Sequence record: DRR378314_1424
Reading direction: 5' to 3' (one strand)
Length of the DNA: 64,000 nucleotides
In this document: positions 49,258 to 57,377 of the stretch, piece after piece
How positions within the stretch are numbered: position 1 is the stretch's first letter
Layout: the number at the start of each line of letters is the position of its first letter
Program-made: the position numbers and the translations under genes
Notes under the pieces: generated by a model
The model's database searches: none
Told to the model about the DNA's origin: nothing
The model's input: the letters and a program-made list of their open reading frames with translations, nothing else

Positions 49258-50579
49258 ACAAAAGCGCCGCCAAGGGTCAGGCGTTCCAGCAGTTTGAAAA
49301 CAAGCGGCATGTCATGTTGACGGCCCAGCCGGTTCGCAATCTCTTGCAAGGATGCAGCAGGACGACAGGCCGCCGCAACATCCAGCGCGGTCACCGGCCC
49401 CAGCCCGGTCAGAAAATCATCCTGCACGCGAAGTTTAATTGCCGGTGCCCAATAAATGCGATCCTGTGACAGTACCGGGGCGCGGGTCAGTGGCGCGGCC
49501 AGCGTTACCGGACCTTGCAATACAAGCGCCGCTGGGGCGGATTGCACTTCGCGCGCGCTGCGGGCGGTCCAGAACGCGGTTTGAAACCGTGATTGATCCG
49601 CATAGGCACGATCCGTGGCAAGCTGCGCGGCAACCACCGCTGCCTGATGTTTGTGGCGCAAAAAACTCTGCGCCGCGTGGTCATCGCCAGTAGGATCAAG
49701 GATGGTCAAAGCGGCAATCGCCGTTTGAACCCCGCTGCGCAATGCATGGACCAACCCATGTGATGCAATCGGGTCCCGCGCCAATGCGGCATCCCCCACC
49801 AGCAAATGCCGCGCTGTGACAACAGGGTCCCCCACCGCAGACAGGCCCGCAGCAGCAGGTTTCCCCACAGTGATTGCAGATAGATAGGGGAAACAATCCG
49901 ACTCCGCCAAACAAGCCCTCAGGTAAGCCGCGCGCGCCGCCGCCCCTTTTCCCGCAAGCGCTGCTGCGGGTTGGAACACCACACCTTGAACCTGACCTTC
50001 GGGCAATGAACAGGCCCAGAACCAGCCATCTGGCAAAGCCTCCAACCCCATCATAAAGGCGGGCGACTCCCCCCGCGCGGTAAATGGCAGGGCTGTGAGA
50101 TCCGTGGCAGGGCGTTTGTTTGCATGACGTCCCCGGGCGTCAATCACCAGATCACACTGAACCTTGCCCGCATCCGTGTGCAATTGAACACCTTCGCCAC
50201 ACGGCCCAACGTCACGCACCCGCGCTTTTAACGCCCGTGCATATCGCAAGGCCTCCTCACGCAGGCTTTCATGCAAAGCACCACGGTGCAGCAGCAATGG
50301 CCCGGCACCTTCAAACGTGCGTAGCTCCGGGGCCTCACGCCAGACCATCTGCATCGCTTCTGCCGGTCCATCGCTGACGGCCCAGAATGCCTGAAGCAAG
50401 CCGAGCTCTTCTGCCAATGGTGCGCCGGATGGTGGAAAGCTCTCGATACCCTGACCCTTGTGAGGCGTGAGCGGATCAATCAGCAGGACGTCGATACCCG
50501 CCAGCCCCAGCTGGCGTGCGGCAATTGCCCCCGCCGGTCCTGCCCCCAATACAGCAACCTGCGCCTTATGCCTGCGCAT
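49236..50579 (-). CDS. FAD-dependent monooxygenase of the Trp-halogenase-like class (LodB/GoxB/QhpG-like quinone maturase)
   Basis: VLGAGPAG, GIESFPP, IDARGR, EALPDGWFW, VGDAALARDPIASHGLVHALRSG. Confidence 0.8.
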   Translation of the reverse strand: MRRHKAQVAVLGAGPAGAIAARQLGLAGIDVLLIDPLTPHKGQGIESFPPSGAPLAEELGLLQAFWAVSDGPAEAMQMVWREAPELRTFEGAGPLLLHRGALHESLREEALRYARALKARVRDVGPCGEGVQLHTDAGKVQCDLVIDARGRHANKRPATDLTALPFTARGESPAFMMGLEALPDGWFWACSLPEGQVQGVVFQPAAALAGKGAAARAAYLRACLAESDCFPYLSAITVGKPAAAGLSAVGDPVVTARHLLVGDAALARDPIASHGLVHALRSGVQTAIAALTILDPTGDDHAAQSFLRHKHQAAVVAAQLATDRAYADQSRFQTAFWTARSAREVQSAPAALVLQGPVTLAAPLTRAPVLSQDRIYWAPAIKLRVQDDFLTGLGPVTALDVAAACRPAASLQEIANRLGRQHDMPLVFKLLERLTLGGAFVQVRPTA

Positions 50580-51888
50580 CAAACCAATCCGGCTGCGCCG
50601 CACTCAAGCGCCCGTAGGCGCGCAGCCCGTAGTCCAGCCAGCCCCGCACAAAGTCGCAGGCCGGTCGCCCCGCATGCAGCACCTCCTGATGGCAGCCACC
50701 GCCGCACAGCCGCCGGGCCCAACAGGTTTGGCACGGGGTTTGGCGTTCTACCGTGCGGGCATCTAGAAAGGCCGCGCGCGCGACATCATCCGGCCCGCTC
50801 TCCAGATCCCCCATCGCCCCCAGCGGATCTTTGACAAAGCGATGACAGGCGGAATAATCGCCAGCAGCATCCACTGCAAGATAATCACGCGCCGCACCAC
50901 AGCCATGGCTGCGCGGGCTGCCGCGATGAAGTTCGCCCAGAACCGTGGCGAGATTGGCAAAAGGATGGCTGCGCCCCGCGAGTGTCGCGCGCATCCAAGC
51001 GTCACCACAGGCCGTCATCGCCGCCAGCAATTGTGCAAAATCCTGCCCGGCCAAGGCACCCTGCCCCGTGGGCGACGAAATCATCGGCGACACCCCAACC
51101 GAGGCAAAACCCAGCGCGGCAATATCATCAACCACCTGCAGCAGATCGAGATTTTGCGGCGTCACAGTCACCCGCGCGCCCAGCGAAATCCGGTCGCGAT
51201 GCGCCAGCAGCGGTGCAAGGCGCTGCGCGACGCGGGCAAAGCTGCCCTTGCCCGCGCGATCAGGGCGCAGGCGGTCGTTCACCGCCTTGCCACCATCAAG
51301 GCTTACCGTCACGGCAAACCGGTGGCGGGCGAAAAACGCAGCGTCCTCGGGGGAAATCAACGTGCCATTGGTGGTCAGGGAATAGCCCACCTGAATGGCC
51401 CGCGCAGCACCACGTTTATTTGCGTAAGTCACGGATTTTCGGATCAAATCCCGCGCCACCATGGGCTCCCCCCCCATAAAGGCAATCTTGACCCCGCCAC
51501 CCGGAACGGTGGCATAAATCAACTGGTCAATCGCACGTTTGGCGACTGTCCAACCCATGCGCGTATCCGCCCCGCCAAAACTGCCACCCGCCGCGTAGCA
51601 ATAGCCACAGGCCAGATTACAGGTTTGCGATACCGTCAGGGCCAGCGCCCGTACCGGATGGATTTCTGTATCAGGTGGCGTGCTAAGCGGCACAGCGTCG
51701 AGCCCCAAACGCGCCAGCTCAGGCGCGGCAGCTGCATCACCGGCCAGCAAGGCCGCACGCAGTTTCGTAGCCTGCGCATCCGACAGGCCAAAGATTGCAG
51801 CCGTTTCTGCCATCAGCACCAGATCATCCGCCACATGGGCCAGACCGCTGACCGGCTTCTGCATCAGATCAGGCAAAACCACCGTCAT
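50566..51888 (-). CDS. Radical SAM/SPASM maturase (QhpD/ranthipeptide/anSME-like)
   Basis: CNLACGYC, FMGGEP, TTNG, VSLDG; SPASM cysteines GCGAAR...ACH...CQTCWARRLCGGGC...C. Confidence 0.92.
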   Translation of the reverse strand: MTVVLPDLMQKPVSGLAHVADDLVLMAETAAIFGLSDAQATKLRAALLAGDAAAAPELARLGLDAVPLSTPPDTEIHPVRALALTVSQTCNLACGYCYAAGGSFGGADTRMGWTVAKRAIDQLIYATVPGGGVKIAFMGGEPMVARDLIRKSVTYANKRGAARAIQVGYSLTTNGTLISPEDAAFFARHRFAVTVSLDGGKAVNDRLRPDRAGKGSFARVAQRLAPLLAHRDRISLGARVTVTPQNLDLLQVVDDIAALGFASVGVSPMISSPTGQGALAGQDFAQLLAAMTACGDAWMRATLAGRSHPFANLATVLGELHRGSPRSHGCGAARDYLAVDAAGDYSACHRFVKDPLGAMGDLESGPDDVARAAFLDARTVERQTPCQTCWARRLCGGGCHQEVLHAGRPACDFVRGWLDYGLRAYGRLSAAQPDWFDAQA

Positions 51889-53696
51889 TTCAGGTTTGCA
51901 AAAAATGGTATGCCGATGTTCTTGCGGGCAAGCGCCAAGGCCATGTCGCTGAGGTCATGCATGGCATCACGGGCCTTTTTGATTTCGGTGTTGGCCTGGG
52001 GCATATCGCCCAGGTTTGCCTCGATCAGATACCCTTTGCCCAGGGCCTCAAGTGCAAGGTCAATCAGATGCAGCGCCGGTTGTACCTCTGCGGCGTCCGG
52101 CTTGGCCTCTTTGACGGGGCGCAGATACAGGGCTTCCTGCGCGGCATAAGGCTGCAGTATCCGCATCACATCGCGGAATTTTTGATAGTGCTGCATCCCG
52201 TCGCTGTCGATCCGAACGGCCAGCTGGTACAGGCCTTCGGGAAAGTGATCCATATACTCGCGCAAATAGGCCACCAGCTTGACGTATTCGGTATCCAGAT
52301 CCCCGCCGGGGCGTTCAATATCAACAAAGTTCTGCAAGACAGCCTGTGTTGCCGGGCGCAATTCACCGGTCCCGCTATGCCCGGTCTTACTGTGCGGGTC
52401 CGCTTCGATCTTGGTCGGTGATAGGACGGGTTCATATGTGCCAACTTCCGGATAGGCGGCAAAAATCAACCACAACGTCTGGTTCACCCAGCGCAGATGG
52501 GTCATTTCACTCAGCGCTACAGATAGGATCAACTGCCGCGCGGCGCGCAGATCTTCTGTCAGGCCGGGCCATGCGGCCTCTTGATCCGGCGTCACCTCAT
52601 CCGGTTCGCGCAGGCTGAAATAGGCGTAAAGATACTCCAACGCCAGCGTCAGCTCCATCCCTGCCAATTCGTGCAGGTCGTCGATCAATTCTTCCAGTTT
52701 TTCGTAAGGCTCTTGCGGCTGCAACTTTAGCAAATCCGTTGTCCCCTCGGCCTCCTGCCCTTGCAGAACAAAATCCAGCTCCTCCCAATGCAGGTTGATT
52801 TCGTATGGATCGTACCGATCCGGGCGCGCCTTTTCCAAAGTGGTCTGCGCCGAGACATCCTTGAGCGGCAAATGCCGTCTGCGCATCCAGTCGATAAAGG
52901 TAACTGCCTGCGCCGGATCATCCTTATCGGTGCCATCAGGCAGCTGTTGTGGATCATCCACCTCGCCCAAGACAACATCGGGATGGTTTGACGCCCAGTA
53001 ATGACAGGCGCAATCCCGAAAATCATGGGTCCAGGGGCTGCACATGGAGGAAGTAAGTTCACCGGGGTGATAGACCGGATCAATCATCCCCTCTTCGTTC
53101 AGAAACATGCGCCGCCGGCCGGTCAGCACCACAGGCGCGCCACTGGGTGATCCGTCAGGGCCGCGTTGCGTCAGGGCAATGGTCAGAGGTTTCTCTGCTT
53201 CAATCAGGCGAATAATCCACCATACAGTTTCACCCTCATAAGGGACCAAACCGACACCGTTCTGATACAGCGAATAGTCATACATCATGATCCGTTTGCC
53301 GTCCTGTTCGACAAAATGCAGATACCATGTGCCACTGCCCAGCGCCGTACCGGCGGGACCGGCAAATTGTTTCTTCAGGTCAGTGACCCAATCGGGACCG
53401 TCATCGGTATATTTATCCGCAATGATCGGATCACCCTTGGGGAAAGCATAGGTCAGCCGCGCCCCCTGTGTGCCATCCGGCCCGGCAGGGGTGATGCCAA
53501 GGAATTCAAACACCAGCCCCGGAAAGAACCGCACATCCAATTGGCGCAGGTCGAATTCCAACCCCGGAAAACAGTTACCGACACCGGATTCCATCAAGGT
53601 CGACACCGGATTGCCCAATACCGGTTCGCGGTAGGCCGGATTGCCGTCAGCATCAGCCTTGCGGGCCTTGTTCAATTGTCTGGGTCCGGCTGTCAT
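51885..53696 (-). CDS. LodA/GoxA-like C-terminal (CTQ-bearing) half fused to a ferritin-like domain
   Basis: GVGNCFPGLE; PGELTSSMCSPWTHDFRDCACHYWASNHPDVV; WEELDFV; then ELTLALEYLYAYFSL, SEMTHL, DIERP, DGMQHY. ATGA overlaps on both sides. Confidence 0.75.
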   Translation of the reverse strand: MTAGPRQLNKARKADADGNPAYREPVLGNPVSTLMESGVGNCFPGLEFDLRQLDVRFFPGLVFEFLGITPAGPDGTQGARLTYAFPKGDPIIADKYTDDGPDWVTDLKKQFAGPAGTALGSGTWYLHFVEQDGKRIMMYDYSLYQNGVGLVPYEGETVWWIIRLIEAEKPLTIALTQRGPDGSPSGAPVVLTGRRRMFLNEEGMIDPVYHPGELTSSMCSPWTHDFRDCACHYWASNHPDVVLGEVDDPQQLPDGTDKDDPAQAVTFIDWMRRRHLPLKDVSAQTTLEKARPDRYDPYEINLHWEELDFVLQGQEAEGTTDLLKLQPQEPYEKLEELIDDLHELAGMELTLALEYLYAYFSLREPDEVTPDQEAAWPGLTEDLRAARQLILSVALSEMTHLRWVNQTLWLIFAAYPEVGTYEPVLSPTKIEADPHSKTGHSGTGELRPATQAVLQNFVDIERPGGDLDTEYVKLVAYLREYMDHFPEGLYQLAVRIDSDGMQHYQKFRDVMRILQPYAAQEALYLRPVKEAKPDAAEVQPALHLIDLALEALGKGYLIEANLGDMPQANTEIKKARDAMHDLSDMALALARKNIGIPFFANLK

Positions 53697-55510
53697 ATTT
53701 TTTCCTCCGCGGCGGGCGTTTCGACCTGTGGCTGCACGCTGTGCTTCCATTCTCCCTCCAGTTTTTCGAGGTACTTCATCAGCAGGTCATATTGCCGACG
53801 CGTGACTGACAGCGGTACCCCCATCGAATGGCGCATATAGGGCGGCATACGCATGTCGTAGGTTTGGGCAATGGTCACACGCGGATCGCGAAATTCAATA
53901 TCATCCGGCCCGTTTGCGCCAAAATCAACCGATGGCCCTTTTTGCACACCGGGGATTTTCGCCAGCTCTCCCACATGGGCAAACGGCGGACGTACAATGC
54001 GGCGCACACGGTCAGGATCGCGCAGCAGGAAGGCCCGCAGGATCGGGCTATCGCACATGCGGGCATGCACCTGTTGCACCACTTGGGTATAGGGCAGACG
54101 GTCATTCGTGCCCGATCGGGGCTCTATTGTGTCACCCTGCCCCGGTGTATATTCCGGCACCAGGCTGGCATAGGGCGCATCACTTTCGCGCATGGATTTC
54201 GGCCCCAGATGCGGGGTGATACCGGCATCCCAGTTGGGATCGTTTTCATTGGGTTCACTCAGCAATTGGGCATTGCCATCCAGCGCCCAAGAGCGGCGTT
54301 GATCCAGATTGATCAGGCTGGCGGTTTCGAAAATTCGGCGGAACAAGTCCAGAATTTCAACCGGTGTTTCGTCAATATCAAGCGTTGCAGGCGGCAGATC
54401 ACGGTCTTCCAATTCGTCTTGTATCGAATACATCGGACGTTTGTCCGGTGCGAAATCGGGAGGGCCTGCCATGGCACGGGCCTGTGCCACATGCGCCTTG
54501 CCCTCCACTGCCATCTGCGCCGTCAGCACCAAATCGCAGGTATCGTCGATCAAGCCCCAGCCATTTCCCGACCCGACACGCGCGCCATCATAGCTGTCCA
54601 TCGGGGTGGGCCATTTGGGTGTGTTGTCAGTGCGGAAATTATACCCTGACCACGGGGTGTCGGAACTCAGGATGCGGTTTTCCTTGCGGGTCATTTTGTG
54701 GATCGGGCCGTATTCCGTCATCGGTGGTTCAAATCCACCTGCCGGCAGGGGAGAGGCCGGTGCCTTGGCCGCTTCGGGTGGACCAAAGCTGTCGCCCTTG
54801 CCGGGAATAAAGCGGATCCGCACCTGATCCAGCCGGGTTTTACAGCTGATGTTTTCGAGGTTTTCTTTAAACGTCCTGATCTTGCCCAGTGGCAACGGCG
54901 CATCCTCGCGCACCAGTGGCACCTGCCCTTCGGTATGCGGGCTGATCGCGTCCAGATGATGAGTCTTATAGTGATCCGCAGCAAACACCTTGCGGGCCAC
55001 CGCCGCACAGGAGGCCAGTTTGGTGCGCGATTCCGCTTTGCGGTTGGCCGCCTCGACAGTGAATTGCAGATGTTTCAGGCTGGTGCCGCGTTTCTCAAGG
55101 AAATGACGTGTCACCGGCACCTGCACTACGGTGCCGTCAGGATCCTGAAGCCGCGCCCAAAGTTCAAAGAAAGGGGCCACCGGTTTGATCTTGCCATAAC
55201 GGTCCTTGAAAGTGACGCGCATTGGTGTCTGCACCTTCAGGGTAAATGGGTGGTGGCCGTTGCCCTTGACCGAGGTTTCGATCAGGCTGGGGGCGGGTTC
55301 GATCATGGTCTGTACCCCGCGTGCCGGATTTTCATCCAGTTTCCAGCGATAGGCGGGCATCGGTTCTTTCGAGCGCCCCACCCGTGCAATTGCCATCGGC
55401 GGGTCAAAGAAAATGCCCAACATCCGGCCCTGCGTCGGATCACGGCCACACCATGGTTCGCAAGTTTCAGGATCTGCATGGGTGCAGGGTTTTAATCTAT
55501 CGGTCGTCAT
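53693..55510 (-). CDS. LodA/GoxA-like N-terminal half
   Basis: FDPPMAIARVGRS, FTVEAANRKA, IDDTCDLVLTA, AGPPDFAP, RMPP...LSVTRRQY, in the same order as in LodA-family proteins. Confidence 0.75.
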   Translation of the reverse strand: MTTDRLKPCTHADPETCEPWCGRDPTQGRMLGIFFDPPMAIARVGRSKEPMPAYRWKLDENPARGVQTMIEPAPSLIETSVKGNGHHPFTLKVQTPMRVTFKDRYGKIKPVAPFFELWARLQDPDGTVVQVPVTRHFLEKRGTSLKHLQFTVEAANRKAESRTKLASCAAVARKVFAADHYKTHHLDAISPHTEGQVPLVREDAPLPLGKIRTFKENLENISCKTRLDQVRIRFIPGKGDSFGPPEAAKAPASPLPAGGFEPPMTEYGPIHKMTRKENRILSSDTPWSGYNFRTDNTPKWPTPMDSYDGARVGSGNGWGLIDDTCDLVLTAQMAVEGKAHVAQARAMAGPPDFAPDKRPMYSIQDELEDRDLPPATLDIDETPVEILDLFRRIFETASLINLDQRRSWALDGNAQLLSEPNENDPNWDAGITPHLGPKSMRESDAPYASLVPEYTPGQGDTIEPRSGTNDRLPYTQVVQQVHARMCDSPILRAFLLRDPDRVRRIVRPPFAHVGELAKIPGVQKGPSVDFGANGPDDIEFRDPRVTIAQTYDMRMPPYMRHSMGVPLSVTRRQYDLLMKYLEKLEGEWKHSVQPQVETPAAEEKI

Positions 55511-57092
55511 GGCGTTCATTCCCTGTCTTATCCTCGGGTGTGTCATGCACCGGTGGTTTCTGATCGGGTTTCAGCCCCAGACTCTGTTCAAACCAGAACA
55601 TATTGTGCGGATCAAACTTGGCCTTTGCCGTTTGCAAACGCGGTAGGTTGGTGCCGAAATAGGCCTCCAAAAACCCTTTGGTCCCGCGACGCGGATAGTT
55701 TTGGTAACGGTGGCCATTGCCCATAGGGGCAACGATACCACCCAGCCCGTCAAGCCAGCCAATCGACGCTTCCTTATGGGTGTCGAACGTCCAAAAGGCC
55801 CAGCTAAACAGATCAACCGATGGCGTGCGGTGGAAAAAAGCCATCTCGTCGGGTTTCGGGTCAGCGATTGCGCCGCCATAGAATTCCATCGCGATGAAAC
55901 AGGTTTTGTCCGGCGCTTCGAGAAAATGATCAACGACATTGCGCCAACGGTCCGCACTGTGATGTTCCTCGATCAGCCACCCTTCGACCAGCGGTTTGGT
56001 GTTCATAGACACGGTTGGCATGTCATGACCTGCCGGATTTGCGGTCTGCAACAACAGCTCGTTCAGGCGGGTGTAATGGTGTTTATGTGTCCAGATTTCC
56101 ACATCTTTGCGCGGGTCTTCCAATGTGGCCAGCAGGGGGCCAAGGGCAGCCTCAGCTTCGGCGCGGGAACCATCATAAAGACCGCGCAGAGACAGGCAGG
56201 GGATTTGCCCGTCAGGGTGATCTGCATCCGGCAGATACATCAGCAAGGCCTGATGCCCCATCTTGGGCGGGCCGGAATTGGAGTATTCCGCCTGCAAGGT
56301 TTCCAGCACCCGGCAGATCCGCTGAATATCCGCCTCATGTTTGTGGCGCATGTTCCAGCGCAGGCCAAAACCAAAGAACTTACGGTCCAGCGGCACAGGG
56401 TCATAGGTCACTTCCAGAAGGATACCAAACTGGTTGCCGGTCCCACCGCGGATCGCCCAAAACAGATCGGGGTTTTCTTCCGCACTGGCGCTCAGCACAG
56501 ACCCATCCGCCAGTGCCACCTTCACACCGATCACACGGTCACAATTCATCCCAAACAGCCGCGAGGTGAAACCGTAGCCTCCGCCCATCATATATCCGGC
56601 CACATTCACAGTCTCACACCCACCGCCGGGCAGATGCAGTTTGTGATGGTCCAGCATGCGGTTCAACTTGCGAAAGGTGACACCGGGCCCACAGCGCACG
56701 GTCGGCGTTTGCCTATCTACCTCCAGATGGTTCAAGCCAGAGGTGTCAATCACCACCTGATCGTTTACCGAATAGCCGGCGGTGCAATGCCCACCGGAAC
56801 GGGCAGTCACCTGCAACCGTGATTTGCGCGCAAACTCCAGCGCGGCAAGCACATCCGTCTCGCATTCGCAAAACACAATGACCTGCGGGTATTGCTGGTA
56901 GGTATGCATGAAAACCATGCGGTCGTCATTGTATCCGGGAGCCCCTGCCAATTGAATACGGCCGCTGAGGCGTTGTTGTAATTTGTCTAAATGTTTTTGT
57001 TTGTAGTCAGGTAGGCCGGATTCTTTGGTCTTAAATGTTTTCCACTTCGCTTCGTGGCGATGATGGTGGTGGCGATGGTCACCATGCGTCAT
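55497..57092 (-). CDS. Berberine-bridge-enzyme-like FAD oxidase (VAO/PCMH family)
   Basis: RSGGH, GGGCETV..GYMMGGG, DLFWAIRGG, YQNY...YFGTNLPRL..K..FDP.N.F. Confidence 0.92.
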   Translation of the reverse strand: MTHGDHRHHHHRHEAKWKTFKTKESGLPDYKQKHLDKLQQRLSGRIQLAGAPGYNDDRMVFMHTYQQYPQVIVFCECETDVLAALEFARKSRLQVTARSGGHCTAGYSVNDQVVIDTSGLNHLEVDRQTPTVRCGPGVTFRKLNRMLDHHKLHLPGGGCETVNVAGYMMGGGYGFTSRLFGMNCDRVIGVKVALADGSVLSASAEENPDLFWAIRGGTGNQFGILLEVTYDPVPLDRKFFGFGLRWNMRHKHEADIQRICRVLETLQAEYSNSGPPKMGHQALLMYLPDADHPDGQIPCLSLRGLYDGSRAEAEAALGPLLATLEDPRKDVEIWTHKHHYTRLNELLLQTANPAGHDMPTVSMNTKPLVEGWLIEEHHSADRWRNVVDHFLEAPDKTCFIAMEFYGGAIADPKPDEMAFFHRTPSVDLFSWAFWTFDTHKEASIGWLDGLGGIVAPMGNGHRYQNYPRRGTKGFLEAYFGTNLPRLQTAKAKFDPHNMFWFEQSLGLKPDQKPPVHDTPEDKTGNERHDDR

Positions 57093-57116
57093 AAAATGTC
57101 TCCCCCAGCCAGAACG

Positions 57117-57132
57117 TTAACCAAACTTTAAC
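57117..57132. promoter_or_regulatory. CtrA binding box
   Basis: TTAA-ccaaact-TTAAC, an exact TTAA-N7-TTAAC match 25-40 nt upstream of the ATG at 57092. Confidence 0.7.
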
Positions 57133-57210
57133 AACCTGTCACCTGTTCTGGCTCTTTGCTTGGGGGCGCTGGATGGCTCCTTATCCTGCAGGGAGAAAAG
57201 CATTTCAGTC

Positions 57211-57243
57211 CAGCCTCCCTTGGCCTTTCAATCAGGGAGGCTG
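57211..57243. terminator. Perfect 10-bp stem hairpin between the response regulator and the oxidase operon
   Basis: CAGCCTCCCT-N13-AGGGAGGCTG; no immediate U tract. Confidence 0.45.
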
Positions 57244-57377
57244 AATCCATCGGGGAAACACAACTATGAGGAGCCCTTCATTCCGCGAAGTGATCCCTGC
57301 TTTTCTCTTGGAACAGGGTTGGCGGTTTTGATGCACGCATGTGATAGGTCTGAAAAGCAGCGCCAGGTCTTGGCCGA

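Noticed and set aside
49236-50579. Flavoprotein as a true tryptophan halogenase
   Set aside because: Lacks a clear WxWxIP motif (has GWFWAC), and the context fits a LodB/QhpG-type role.
50566-51888. Radical SAM/SPASM protein as an anaerobic sulfatase maturase or a classic RiPP maturase with a small precursor
   Set aside because: No sulfatase gene nearby and no intergenic space for a precursor ORF in the operon; the Cys/Asp motif in the adjacent large protein is the better substrate candidate. Not formally excluded.
57103-57111. CCCCAGCCA matches the tRNA 3' end, a possible attR of a 57-kb island
   Set aside because: Only 9 bp, overlaps the RBS region of the oxidase gene, and there is no integrase in the window; compatible with chance.
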